DNA of 63,806 bases, the filler included, from Dicyema japonicum (lineage: Eukaryota > Animalia > Dicyemida), in NCBI GenBank assembly GCA_011109175.1. It is 5 parts of 5 records of this genome, joined end to end, with 100 filler letters (N's around TTAATTAATTAA, not from the genome) between each part and the next. Parts side by side here need not be neighbours in the genome. Positions count along the whole stretch, not along the records: positions 9,342 to 32,413 come from RDEW01000021.1; 4 more parts are not named here. The stretch is one strand, 5' to 3'. Positions 11,464-23,631 of this stretch are shown piece after piece (within the stretch, counting starts at the first letter, position 1; every line of letters begins with the position of its first letter). The notes under the pieces are model-generated. The model worked only from the letters and a program-made list of their open reading frames with translations, made no database searches and was not told the origin of the DNA. Position numbers and translations under genes: made by a program.

Positions 11464-11623
11464 GGCTGGCGCAGTGTGAGTTGTCGGGAAAGAGGTCTGA
11501 ATGTCGCTAGTTCGAATCCCGATACTGCACATTTCGGTTGAAGGTTCCATGCATCAATATGCTTTGGCTTGACGAGTGTTACCGTCATTTGTGAACTTCA
11601 CTGCGAACCGGATAGTCTATAAA
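11464..11623 (+). mobile_element. tRNA-derived SINE family B
   Basis: A-box-like TGGCGCAGTGTG and B-box-like GTTCGAATCC; 3' tail ...GTGAACTTCACTGCGAACCGGATAGTCTA-TAAA. Other copies or tails at 21716-21775 (-), 29080-29140 (-), 32001-32092 (+), 49371-49420 (-) and 56555-56725 (-). Confidence 0.75.
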
Positions 11624-11678
11624 GAACATGCACCCAAGAAAAAGAAAGCTATGAAAACTGTTCTTTGCTTAAAATAAA

Positions 11679-13330
11679 GTGTGTGTTCTGCCTACGAGGA
11701 GCGATAACAGATATGGCTCCTCGGAAAGTCCGAAATTCATTGTCATTAATGGTCGATTATACCTGAAAGACGAAAAATTTAAAAAACACATACTAGTTGT
11801 TTGCATGGATAACGAGTCTGAAATGCGAACTGTTGTGGAGTCTATCCATAGAAATAGTCATTCGGTGATTCGTAAACTGCAGCAAGAATGTTTGCACTTT
11901 TATTTTTCAATAAAACGAAAATTATTGAAATTGTCAAAGAGTACACAATTTGCAAGTTTTCTACTCCACTTAAAGTAGAAAATTAATTTATATAATAGAT
12001 TTCCGATTCTAAATACCATGTGACTGCCAATAGACCTAATGAACGATTCTAGGCAGACCTCATAGATGTTAAGCAATTTAATGATTCAAATGATGGCTAT
12101 AAATGGATTTTTACTGTCATTGATGTTTACAGCAAATATGCTATTTGTAAAGAANNNNNNNNNNNNNNNNNNNNNNNNNNNNNNNNNNNNNNNNNNNNNN
12201 NNNNNNNNNNNNNNNNNNNNNNNNNNNNNNNNNNNNNNNNNNNNNNNNNNNNNNNNNNNNNNNNNNNNNNNNNNNNNNNNNNNNNNNNNNNNNNNNNNNN
12301 NNNNNNNNNNNNNNNNNNNNNNNNNNNNNNNNNNNNNNNNNNNNNNNNNNNNNNNNNNNNNNNNNNNNNNNNNNNNNNNNNNNNNNNNNNNNNNNNNNNN
12401 NNNNNNNNNNNNNNNNNNNNNNNNNNNNNNNNNNNNNNNNNNNNNNNNNNNNNNNNNNNNNNNNNNNNNNNNNNNNNNNNNNNNNNNNNNNNNNNNNNNN
12501 NNNNNNNNNNNNNNNNNNNNNNNNNNNNNNNNNNNNNNNNNNNNNNNNNNNNNNNNNNNNNNNNNNNNNNNNNNNNNNNNNNNNNNNNNNNNNNNNNNNN
12601 NNNNNNNNNNNNNNNNNNNNNNNNNNNNNNNNNNNNNNNNNNNNNNNNNNNNNNNNNNNNNNNNNNNNNNNNNNNNNNNGAATGGAAGCATGTGATGGTA
12701 ACTAGCCTCAGTCAGGCATGATTACCCGCTGAACTTAAGCATATCATTAAGCGGAGGAAAAGAAACCAACAGGGATTCCCGTAGTAATGGCGAATGAATT
12801 GGGAATAGTCCATCGCTGAATCGTGTTTTCACGAAATGTGGCGTTTGCGATACTATTGAGTGGGTATACTGGGTGGCAAGTACTGTCGAACAGCTGTCAA
12901 AAACAATGTTGTTTGCAAATGAGGGAAAATATATTAAAGTCATCAGTCACATAAAATCGCTCAAGGTCAACCTATAACCAAAAAATTTTCCTAATCTTTT
13001 ATGTTCTTTAAATTTACGGATAAATTTGCTTTTTAGTAACGTGGAGTTAAAAAATAAATATCTAGACTCTTTCTGCACGAAACATGAAATCATGCATTTT
13101 TATGGAACACCAAATCATCCTCAAATCACAAGTAATGAAATAATATTTTATTTGTTTCATGGATCATAGAAAAATTTAACCAAACTTTGATAAGAAATCT
13201 TGCAAAGTTAATGGATGATGAATTAACTAAAAATTGGAAAAAATTAATTAAACGAAACACTTTTATATATAACACCACGATCCATTCCTAACAAATGAAA
13301 GGAGAATTGAAAATAGTCAACATGAATCGA
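11679..13330 (+). pseudogene. Degenerate retroviral-type (rve) integrase gene, interrupted by an N gap and an rDNA-containing insert
   Basis: ERF*ADLIDVKQFNDSNDGYKWIFTVIDVYSKYA at ~12040-12150; KNKYLDSFCTKHEIMHFYGTPNHPQ at ~13045-13125. Confidence 0.75.
12704..12894 (+). rRNA. Isolated 5' fragment of 28S (LSU) rRNA, ~190 nt, preceded by a few nt of probable ITS2; non-functional copy
   Basis: GATTACCCGCTGAACTTAAGCATATCATTAAGCGGAGGAAAAGAAACCAACAGGGATTCCC-TAGTAATGGCGAATGAA is the conserved eukaryotic LSU 5' end. Similarity stops at ~12894. Confidence 0.9.
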
Positions 13331-14851
13331 GTGAAGAAAATAAAGACTTAAAAACTACATTTTTTGATTTTTGATTAGAAACCAATTAGTGTTGATTTGA
13401 TGATACGTGAATTTTGTAAATTCTTTGATTTTTGATAAGAAATGACAAGTGACATGTGATTAGAAGGTGAAATGTAACCAGCAGTGGATGGGTAACCCGT
13501 GCGGGACGCGAAAAAAATATAATAAGCTGCCCGTTTCCTTTTATGGAAGTAACCATTCGAAAAACCAACTTAGATACATAATTATAATCTCATTTATGTC
13601 TACTTATGAAAATTACGTTAAGAAATATATTAAACAGACTGACATAAAATGAGATACACAAACTTACAAATTTATAATATAGAACAGGGGGTCCGCAGGA
13701 CTTTTGGCTTCGCGGTCCAAAATTGTATTGTTCATGAGATGTGGGACAAACTAGAAAAATTATTAACTTTTCAAAGAAATGAAATTATTTTATTAATAAA
13801 CTACCAACGTCTAAGTTAATCTAACTAGATACAAAAAGTATTATATCGTTAATATGCAAATCAGTCATCAACGTTCTTAGACAATTTTTTTAGATTATTC
13901 ATTTTAAAGAATAACTGTTCACATAAAATCTACTTCCAAATAGATAAGTCATTTACGATTAGATGTGGATATTTTTGACACATATAAAATTTTTGTAGAA
14001 CTCAAAATATCCAATCCAGAAAAATATTTTGATTTAGTGTCGAATTGAATTTCAAGTAATTCCTAGTTATAATAGTCTTATGCTGTCTAAGTTTCAAAAT
14101 AAATGGGATTGAAAAAATGTTGAAAAATTTGAATAAACATGAAAAATTAATGTATAATCATTTTACTTTTAAATCCATGAAACGTGATGAAAATTCTAAT
14201 CTCAATTCCACAACTATGTTTGCATATTCATGAACATTGGTAGGATTCCTAGAAAGAAAATTCACAAAATGCGTCATATTTCTTTTTTGTAACTGTAATT
14301 ATACAACTTCAATTTCTTTTCAAAAAGAGTGATTTTGGTATACGTATGGTGTATAAATTATCTCATTTAGATGCCAAGTTATATCCACGAAAAATGCCTA
14401 TTTGGAAATGTTAGCAGTATTTTGTAAACAAGAAGAATCATAGTAATTTTTCTCAGAAAAAGTATAACATCATCCCGTATATTAATAGCGTGATTTTCCT
14501 GTAAACTTTTTGAAATTTTAGCAATGCAGAATTTCATAATGTCGGTTGATGTTATAAAGTTTTTGGACAGCAATTGTATTGAAGCATATCAGGCATATAG
14601 ATTTTCCATTATCCTCAATAAAGAAATTGTCATGAGTCAAATCTTCATTAATGTACGAGTTTAAAAATCTATCATTCTTTCAGAACAAAATTATAAAATT
14701 TAATCGCGGAGCATTATTAATTCCTCACATGCCGCCATTTGCCTATCTTTGGTATAGGAAATAAATTTAATGTAAAATAATTCGATTAGTTTTTTTTAAA
14801 TTATATTATTAAAATTATTGTTTTAATATAAAATCTGTAATTTTTAACCAA

Positions 14852-17663
14852 ATGCAAATTCCTTCTTTGTATGCACTTTGCATTAATGATTTTCGAAAAA
14901 ACATTAATATGAATAAATATGGTGGATTAAGCTCAAAATCGAAGACGATGATTTGCAAAAGAATACATAATGAAATTGAATATTTGAAAGAACACAATTC
15001 ACTGAAGATATTATCAGTGTTCAATGATTTCTCAACACTAAGTAAACTCACAGAAGTATATTATAACATTTTCCGACTTGATTTGTCGACTAATCAAATC
15101 GACATTAAAGATTTAGCAAATTTGTGCCAAAATCTACCAAATTTAACGAATATCAAATTAGCTAAAATAGCATCTTCTGAGAATTCGCCATATCTTCAGT
15201 ATTATCCAAATAATATCAATTCTTTTACACTTTTGGAATATGATGACCCAGTTTTACTTCATTTGCTATTTAAAAGTGGATTTAGCGAAATTAGGTCACT
15301 TGAACTTTTATCAGATTCTCTTCAATTCGCCATATCTTCAGTATTCTCCAAATAATATCAATTCTTTTACACTTTTGGAATATGATGACCCAGTTTTACT
15401 TCATTTGCTATTTAAAAGTGGATTTAGCGAAATTAGGTCACTCGAACTTTTATCAGAATCTCTTCTTGAAAGAAGTACTCCAACTAAAATTTATTGTTGC
15501 ACAGTCAAGCTTATCAAAGAACTCGAAAGTATTAATTTTGACAATGTTCTGATATCCAATTTCGAAGAATTTTCCAAAAGTCTTGCCAGTCCCAGATCTC
15601 TAAAGTTTCTATTTTGTTAGATTAAGATATTTTTCGTACACAAACAGTAAAAATGTGCATAAATTAAGGTGTGATTGTAGACCGTTGTTAAAATTATCCA
15701 AGAATTTAAAATTCTTGGATTTGTCTGGATTCTCGATTGATTTTGAATTATTAAAACCGTATTTTACTGTTAGATTTTTAGAGAACTGTCCTTAAAAAAG
15801 ATTAACGAATTTTGCTTTCAAAAAATATCGCAATTTTTCAAAACTAATGTCAATGTTATATTATTAATTGCAGATTGAATCAAACTTACTGGTAGATAAT
15901 TTGGTTAATGCAATTTTTCACTTTGAGTATAAAGACGGGCTGCTTTCTTCTACTTTACTTTACATTAATGATTGCGACTCTGAAATTCGGCCTTCGCTTT
16001 ATAAACGATTTTTGAGGGTATTTGAAATTATAATATTTAAGTTTATCTGGCGCTTGTTGAAAACATCACGTAATATTAAGCTTATTCAACAGATTATGTA
16101 ATCGTGTGCGTTGATTTGATAGGTATTGCTTAAAACCCATGAATGGAGTNTTAATGATTGCGAGTCTGAAATTCGGCCTTCGCTTTATAAACGATTTTTG
16201 AGGGTATTTGAAATTATAATATTTAAGTTTATCTGCCGCTTGTTGAAAACTTCACGTAATATTAAGCTTATTCAACAGATTATGTAATCGTGTGCGTTGA
16301 TTTGATAGGTGTTGCTTAAAACCCATGAATTGAGTGCCCATATCTGAATCTTATCGATGGTTTGAGTTCATGTTAACTTAGCCTTATTTATGAAGCTGTC
16401 CTTGCTATTTTAGAAGCTTATCGTTCTCATAATGAGGTAGTGTCATTTTTTTTATTTGTTTCAGTTCCGAAAATTATTATACACCGTTATGGACTGGATT
16501 AAACCATGGGAGTTATCAAATTTTGTATTTTGTTTGTTCATTTTAGTTATTTTCTTTTTCGTTTATTAATCAAACATTCATGAAAGATGTGTACTCATAC
16601 TTTGACGTATATTCGGATAATGATGTCATGTACCCATCAATGAAGAGTCAAAGTATAGAAGTTTTGTCTTATTTCGGATTTTACGGAATAATAGAGGTAA
16701 TTGGTTAATTTAGATTTAGTCAATTGTGAATTATTTTGAAAAATACAAGGAACTAGAATATCTTCCTTATTTTAATATCTCATGGAGAATTTTGTGGTAT
16801 CTTGTAGGTGATTTTTTATTCCATTTTTTAGATTCAAACGAAAAAAATGCAACTTTGTTTGTTAATTTGGGAGGGATTGATATTATTAGCGATTCCTTTG
16901 ATAAATTTCAAGAAAATGTTGGTATTTCAGATGATAACTTTATATATCCAGTTGTTAATGTTTTTGAAAATCTAACTAAATTCGTAAAAATTCGGCCTCT
17001 GGTTAGGAAGAGTAGACTAATTAATTGTGTATTGTATGTTTTGTGTAATTTTGATAGGGCAAATGTCTAGTTGTTAATGTTTTTGAAAATCTAACTAAAT
17101 TCGTAAAAATTCGACCTCTGGTTAGGAAGAGTAGAATAATTAATTGTGTATTGTATGTTTTGTGTAATTTTGATAGGGCAAATGTCTATTACGAACATTG
17201 CCCGGAGATATATGCTGCCATCTGCAATGGTCTATCAAACATAATGAGTGACTTCACTATTGACATGGAGATTTGCGATATTTTTGATACTGAAAATAAA
17301 AACATGTCTGAAAATATTCTTAATGCAATTGCTTTCTGTTCAAATGATAATATCGAATATGAACTCTATGACGGATATTATCGGTTAGATATCATTAATT
17401 CAAAAGATCGATTGATTCACTTGTAAACTTATTAAATAAGGATTTGGACCAAAGACTATGGCTTTGGGCCATTTGGGAATTTTCTCAAATGATTTACTAC
17501 AAGCGTAATATTTGTTGATTCAGTAGCACAAATATTTATCCCAATGATGATTCCTAAAAATGTCTTCAGGAAAATCGAGACTCTGTCTTCACTCTCTAAT
17601 ATCAAGGATCTACGAGAATGCGGCATAAGTTTTGAAGAATCTTATAATGTATTTTTTGTATGA
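14852..17663 (+). CDS. ZYG11: ZYG11/ZER1-family protein (BC/VHL-box-like N-terminus, LRR region, ARM-like C-terminus). Multi-exon; frame broken by three local tandem duplications
   Basis: N-terminal MQIPSLYALC (BC-box-like) and LRR-like RLDLSTNQID/LDLSGF segments. C-terminal segments WRILWYLV...NATLFVNLGGIDII and LWAIWEFSQ resemble ZYG11B LSALWNLTD...FIENQGLELF and QLWAVWAMQHVC. Stop TGA at 17661-17663. Confidence 0.75.
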
Positions 17664-17780
17664 TTTTAGAATTATCTTTCGAATCATTAATATTAATGAT
17701 ATTTTCTTTATTTTATATTTTTGTTTTAATAACTTAAAACTTTTTGATTATTATTTTTTCAACTTATTTTTATTATATTA

Positions 17781-17899
17781 TGTGACAGGGTCTACCGATT
17801 ACCGACCGCTTAGGTTTACCTAATGCTCGAATTTATATTTTTGATTTTTTAAGTCTACTCGGGTAACGAGTAGCTCAGTAATCGGTTTTACCTGTGACA
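17781..17899. mobile_element. 119-bp MITE-like element flanked by TA
   Basis: Imperfect ~25-bp TIRs TGTGACAGGGTCTACCGATTACCGA / TCAGTAATCGGTTTTACCTGTGACA, with TA on both sides. Confidence 0.6.
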
Positions 17900-18339
17900 T
17901 ATAATCATCAAAAAATAAACAAAAATTAATCAAATCAAGAGTTATTAAATAAATGAATTTTGACAAGAGATTTATAAGCGTGTTTTGCAGCCACTCTGTT
18001 GAATTAGAATTACTAACTTTTATGACCAGATTCAGTCAAAATGCTGTTTCTTCTCCTGGTTACTAACATCCAATGATTTAAGTTTGAAATTAATTGTTTG
18101 AGATGATAAGGTTGGAATTCAACTACTACGTTGACACTGATTGTAACTAAATTTCACTATTTTTTGCAAAAATAAATTCACATGTTGTTTATTAAACTAA
18201 AAATATAAAAAACGCTTGAAACAGAATTTACAATATAAGTTAAAAGTCTTGAAAAATTATTAGAACTATTTTACTTTTTTAATTAAGTTCTATTCATTTT
18301 TAGCATTTTCAGTATATCAACAGCTTAAATAATTAATAA

Positions 18340-18860
18340 TTGATATACGCATGGAAGACGTGCGAATTACTATACAACAAAATCAAATCAAGATCTCGCT
18401 ACCTTCCAAATGGAGTCCCTCAAGGCCCTCCGCTGCCATCCCAACTCTTTAACCTTTACATAAACGACATGCCACCAAGCTGTAATGAGAANTTTTAATT
18501 AAGTTCTATTCATTTTTAGCATTTTCAGTATATCAACAGCTTAAATAATTAATAATTGATATACGCATGGAAGACGTGCGAATTACTCTACAACAAAATC
18601 AAATCAAGATCTCGCTACCTTCCAAATGGAGTCCCTCAAGGCCCTCCGCTGCCACCCCAACTCTTTAACTTCTACATAAACGACATGGCACCAAGCTGAA
18701 ATGAGAACTGTCTAATCCACTCCTACGTCGACGATATCATTCTTGCTACTAAAACAGAAGCATTCAACCATCGACTAAGTTCCCTCAACAAATGCATGAC
18801 AAGCTAGAACTCTCGAAACGGAAGCTCGACACATCAGCACCAAAATCCTCTGTAAACCTG
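18340..18860 (+). mobile_element. Jockey-like RT fragment (duplicated around n18492)
   Basis: LPNGVPQGPPLPSQLFNLYINDMP...SYVDDIILATK. Confidence 0.75.
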
Positions 18861-19629
18861 TTCAACACTTACAAAAGAGAGTTCTGTGTCGAACCAAATA
18901 TCCTTATAAAAAAGGGAGATTCCTGTATAGTATAATAAATCCCTTAAATTTTATATTTTTAAATACTAGATTTATGCTTTAAGACTATTTTTCATATAAG
19001 TTCTAGATTTAGTAATTTTAGCGCAAATATATTTTTTAAGTGGTGGAAACAACTTAAAAGTTTGGGCAAACGTTGTCAAATCCAGAAAATTTGGTCCTCA
19101 AATGCACACTGAAACAGTTCTTGTTTTAATTTCACCTTGTTTTGATAACGAGCGTACAACTTCAGCAAATAATTCCCTGAGATAGTCGACGGAGTGAATA
19201 CTAAACGTCAAGTTCGATTAACTGGAATGGAAAATAACAAAAAGACCGTCTTCGATCAGGAAGTTTAACAAATACAATGACGAGGCAACCTGGAAAAAAC
19301 ATCTCTTCAGTACCTTAATATCGAAAAACAATTGTTGTAGAGTTATAATTTTCATCCTCCACATATTTTGACTATCTTTTGAATATTTTATACTTTATAA
19401 TTCTCAATATAGAACAAATCAGGCTAATCTGTCTGAAACTCATGAGATCCCTCTTAGGTTCTCCTGGATCAGGATCATTCACACAATACAATCTATCCAT
19501 AATCGATAAACATGTCAAATTTAAGACACGTGTCATAAAGATGAAATAAAAACTTTTTTTCATAGGATTTTNATTGCCCCAAGATCACTGGATATTTTTT
19601 TAAATAATAACTTATTAAGGAATAAAAGT

Positions 19630-19934
19630 AGCCGCGTGGCGCCATGTGGTGCTGCGTGGTTAATTGGTTGAAGTTTTCTGCTTGCTTGTCTGTTCCTCCT
19701 CTCTTCCTATTAGAGTGGCGTCATGTGATCCACCTGTTTAGGTGACGTCCAGTGCCAGGCCGGCACGAAAAAGGATCATTTGCTCTTCCCTACTCCACTG
19801 GAGGGGTTTCCACAACTGCATGTAATGGACGTCTTACCCTTTATGCTGATTCCGGATGGACTCTGTTTCTGTAGAAGTGGAAACTGGATACACTTTATTA
19901 ATTGTTTACTTAAATTTCTTTTCTCGGTGTATCC
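19630..19934 (+). mobile_element. SINE-like family A, copy 3 (3' tail missing)
   Basis: Same 5' start; ends at GGTGTATCCG, abutting a hAT fragment. Confidence 0.85.
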
Positions 19935-20150
19935 GTAGAACGCAATGTATATGAAACACACTTGGACATATTTTTTTCAAATATGCCGCAAATCCTATAT
20001 ATTTTCCAACCAGAGACATTGCACCATCTGTGGCACAAGGAAACCATTTTTCATATGGAATCTTCTTGTCATCCAAAAATAATTTGACTACGGAAAAAAT
20101 AGAAAATCCAGTCGTATCAGTTTCCAAATATTGACGAATAATAAATCTTC
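19935..20150 (-). mobile_element. hAT (Charlie-like) transposase fragment
   Basis: IFSVVKLFLDDKKIPYEKW..CATDGAMSLVGKYIGFAAYLKKICPSVFHIHCV. Confidence 0.8.
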
Positions 20151-21029
20151 TGTAAGAAGAGAATGATCGTCAAAAAATCTTAAAGGGTAAGCTTCTAATA
20201 AGATTAACCTGACATATCCCATTAGAATTGATTGGTTGTCACATGTATGACTTTCGTCAATTTGAAGGGAAAAAATAATATTTTTAAGCCTTGTTTTGAT
20301 AACGAGCGTACAACTATCAGCTAATAATTCCCTGAGATACTAAACGTCAAGTTCGATTAACTGGAATGGAAAATATACACAAAGACCGTCTTCGATCAGG
20401 AAGTTTAACAAAAACAATGACGACGCAACCTGGAAGAAACATCTCTACAGGACCTCAATATCGAAAACCCATTGTTGTAGGGTCATAATTTTCATCCTCC
20501 ACATATTCTGACGATCTTTTGAATATTATAAACTTTATAATTTTCAATATAGAACAATTCAAGCTAATCTGCGAAACTCATGAGATCCCTCGTAGGTTCT
20601 CCTGGATCAGGATCATTCACACAATACAATCTATCCATAATCGAGAAACATGTCAAATTTAAGACACGTGTCATAAAGATGAGATAAAAACTTTTTTTCA
20701 CAGGATTTAAACTTCTTCATCTGACACGAAATATTAGCTCTTCTATTTTTGATATATTTAGCGTCAAATCCCCTGGACCAACTGCATAAAATATTCGATA
20801 TGAACAACAGGTAATGGGCCTAATTCTCATTTCTGATTTCTACATTCCTGATGTTCCTTGCATTTCCGACTGTTTTTAATAACTCACTGATATGGTGCAT
20901 TCCATTGATCGATAGGATCTTTTTAATGATGAAGTTCCGGAAGTTTTATCATATGACAACAGCATCCTTAACCATTTGCAATGAATAATGTTTCGTCGTA
21001 TAAAGTCCCATGCTGAATGGTCCCTACAG

Positions 21030-21450
21030 TAAATCCGGACAAACTGATGTAACTTAACTCAAGAAAAAAGAAACAAGGACGGAGGAGCACTGCCGTAAGT
21101 GCAAAAAGCTTGGCTCGCTTGTAGGAGACCATGAAAACATTACAAGAAGGAAAACCTTAGCACAAACTACTCTCTCCATACTGAAGAATACCTGGATCCA
21201 CAAAAAGGGCCATGAAATTATAACAAAAACTCGATTATACAACTCCATAGTGAAACCCATACTACTGTATAACGCTGGTACCTGGGCCTGCTCAAGAAAT
21301 GAACTGAAGAGGCTTAATTTCATATAGACAAAATACGACATGTGATGTTCGAAAGAAGTGATACGACGATGTCATCTAATCTTCTCTATAAAACGACGAG
21401 GACCTCTGAACTTTCAAATGAAATTCTGGATACACGATGACGTATATCAA
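21030..21450 (+). mobile_element. RTE-clade LINE fragment, degenerate
   Basis: IWIHKKGHEIITKTRLYNSIVKPILLYNAGTWACSRNELKRLNF. Confidence 0.7.
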
Positions 21451-21944
21451 AGGCTGATAGGGGAAAATTCGCTGTGATGACTTGTCGAGATATAATATAT
21501 TATATGATGGACTGGTTACCATCACTTGTTATTTGTAACCTGACAACTGTCATATTTTTTTTAAAGCCTTTTCACGAGAGCCATAGTATTTTATAGCTCC
21601 GCATAGGCAGGACACACACTTTATTTAAGTAAATAACAGTTAATTTTAACTAATCGTAGAACCAAGGAATGATCTTCACTTCTTTTTTTTCTTTTTCTTG
21701 TGTGAGTGTCCTTTCTAGACAATCCAGTTCCGCAGTGAGTATTCACTGATGACGGCGTCACTAGTCAAACCATTTAACAACTATCATATTTAACCTAAAT
21801 TTCGTACGACAAAGAATATTTAAGTTATTTTCCCGTATTTTTTATAATTTCATTATTGGAAAAAATGCGTGCTAAAGATATTAGTGCCTTTCTTTTAATT
21901 AATGGGTTAAAAATACTTTGAATACGAAACAATAATGAATGTTC

Positions 21945-22950
21945 TAACCCAACCGTAATCTCTAACACTATCCCCTAATTCTTATCCGAAATGCACATAA
22001 TATGTCACATGGGCGGCGCGTAACGCATGGGCAGCCTGTTACATTTTTTCGACCTTGAAAAGGTCTTTTGATTATCCGACATTATTATTATTAATGTCGG
22101 ATCACTGGGTCAAAAGAAAGAAATAAAAGTTCTCATCTAACTAAGTGATCCCAGACCGACAAAGATGAGGATGAGTCCCTCATTGGATTATCCGACATTT
22201 AATTTTATATATCCGATTTATATCTTGATTTAATCCTGTTAAATTAGTTTTTTATTTATAAATGTTATGATTATAAAGATTTTATTTTTTNATTTTAAAA
22301 TTTCGTCGGGATTTAAACCCATCAGATCTCATAGAATCACTGATATAGATGGTTTGATGAGATTTTCACCAGAAACATGGGAACTCTCATTTTTGGCAAT
22401 AATCATTGCAATTTTATAGGATACAATTAGTCCTCCTAAATATAATTAAAATAACAACAACTATTGTTTCTTTCACTACTATTTGTAGAAACAGTGTCAA
22501 TCGTTTTTTGATACGAAAAGAATCCTTTGATTCTTCAAAATACTCAATGGTTTATTTTTTTTATCCGAATGTTTTCTCCTAAGATGATCCAACTATTTGG
22601 ACGGTTTCATTGCATCATTTGTTAATGATTTGTTACACATTAGGCAATATTGTTTATTATCAAAAGAATTTTTTTATAAATTTAAATGCCAAATATTCAT
22701 TTTTATATTGACGAATTTTTAATGTAGAAAGACGACTCATACACAAACAAAAACAAGCATGGTAATTTTAAAAATTTAAAAGAACAAAGGTTTACTACTT
22801 TAAAAATAAACTAACATAATTTAAATTGAAAAAAATTAAATATATTAAATTTATTTTCGACCACAAAATATTTCATTTTCGTCCCCCTTAATGTTCTAAC
22901 CAAACCGTAATCTCTAACACTATCCCCTAATTCTCATCCGAAATGCGCAT
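21945..22950. repeat. Two ~60-bp direct repeats (21945-22005 and 22890-22952)
   Basis: AATGTTCTAACC.AACCGTAATCTCTAACACTATCCCCTAATTCT.ATCCGAAATGC.CATAATA occurs twice. Confidence 0.8.
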
Positions 22951-23631
22951 AATAGCTTTTGCCTGCATAAATAATCATTCCTGAATCAACAAGTTAACCA
23001 AAGAGTGTTCACACTCATAAGTGGTAATTAAAGAATGTTATTGAAACAGTTGTAAAGATCGTTCAGTATGCAGGTTTTCCATTCCTCTTAAAGTATGAAA
23101 TTAACAAAGATCATAGATTTTTGATTTAAACATCATGTGATTGCTAGGCCAAATGGACGATTTCAAGTCGACTCTATCGATGTCATAAAATTTGAGTACT
23201 TCAAAGGAAGACTACAAATAAATGTTAACTGTAATTGATATATCTGTCAAGTCGGATTTTGCAGATTTCTTCAAACGGATAATGGAACAGAATTCAAAAA
23301 ATTGGAATTTTTGTTTAAAGAATATAATTAGACATATTTTAGTGAGACCACGTCATCTAGTCACAAGTATTCATACATTGTTTTTGCTTGGAAATTCTAG
23401 AAAGATTTAATTAAACTTTGACGAGAAATCTATCTAAATTATGACAGAAAATGCTACTAAGAATTGGAAACAATTATTAAATAAAATAACTTTTACGTAC
23501 AACACAACAACGTATGCTTTGACCAATTAAACGTCATTTAAGAAATGCGAGGATTTTCAGTGATAAATACATTAATCCCAACAAATACAAAGTTTTTATT
23601 TTATTTTAAATAAAGTAAGTTTGATGTTTCT

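Larger units (their letters stand above)
19130..20705. repeat. Unclassified ~430-bp dispersed repeat, two copies (19130-19565 and 20285-20705)
   Basis: Direct copies from CCTTGTTTTGATAACGAGCGTACAAC to ATAAAACTTTTTTTCA. No recognisable protein motif. Confidence 0.85.

Noticed and set aside
11464-11530. Functional tRNA gene
   Set aside because: A- and B-box-like motifs are present, but there is no full cloverleaf and the sequence continues into a multi-copy SINE body.
21716-21780. Hammerhead-like CTGATGA plus stem on the antisense strand of the SINE-B tail (also 29080-29140, 49371-49420, 56564-56625)
   Set aside because: No conserved GAAA after stem II and no UH cleavage triplet in register. 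The motif is the reverse complement of the SINE's 3' hairpins.
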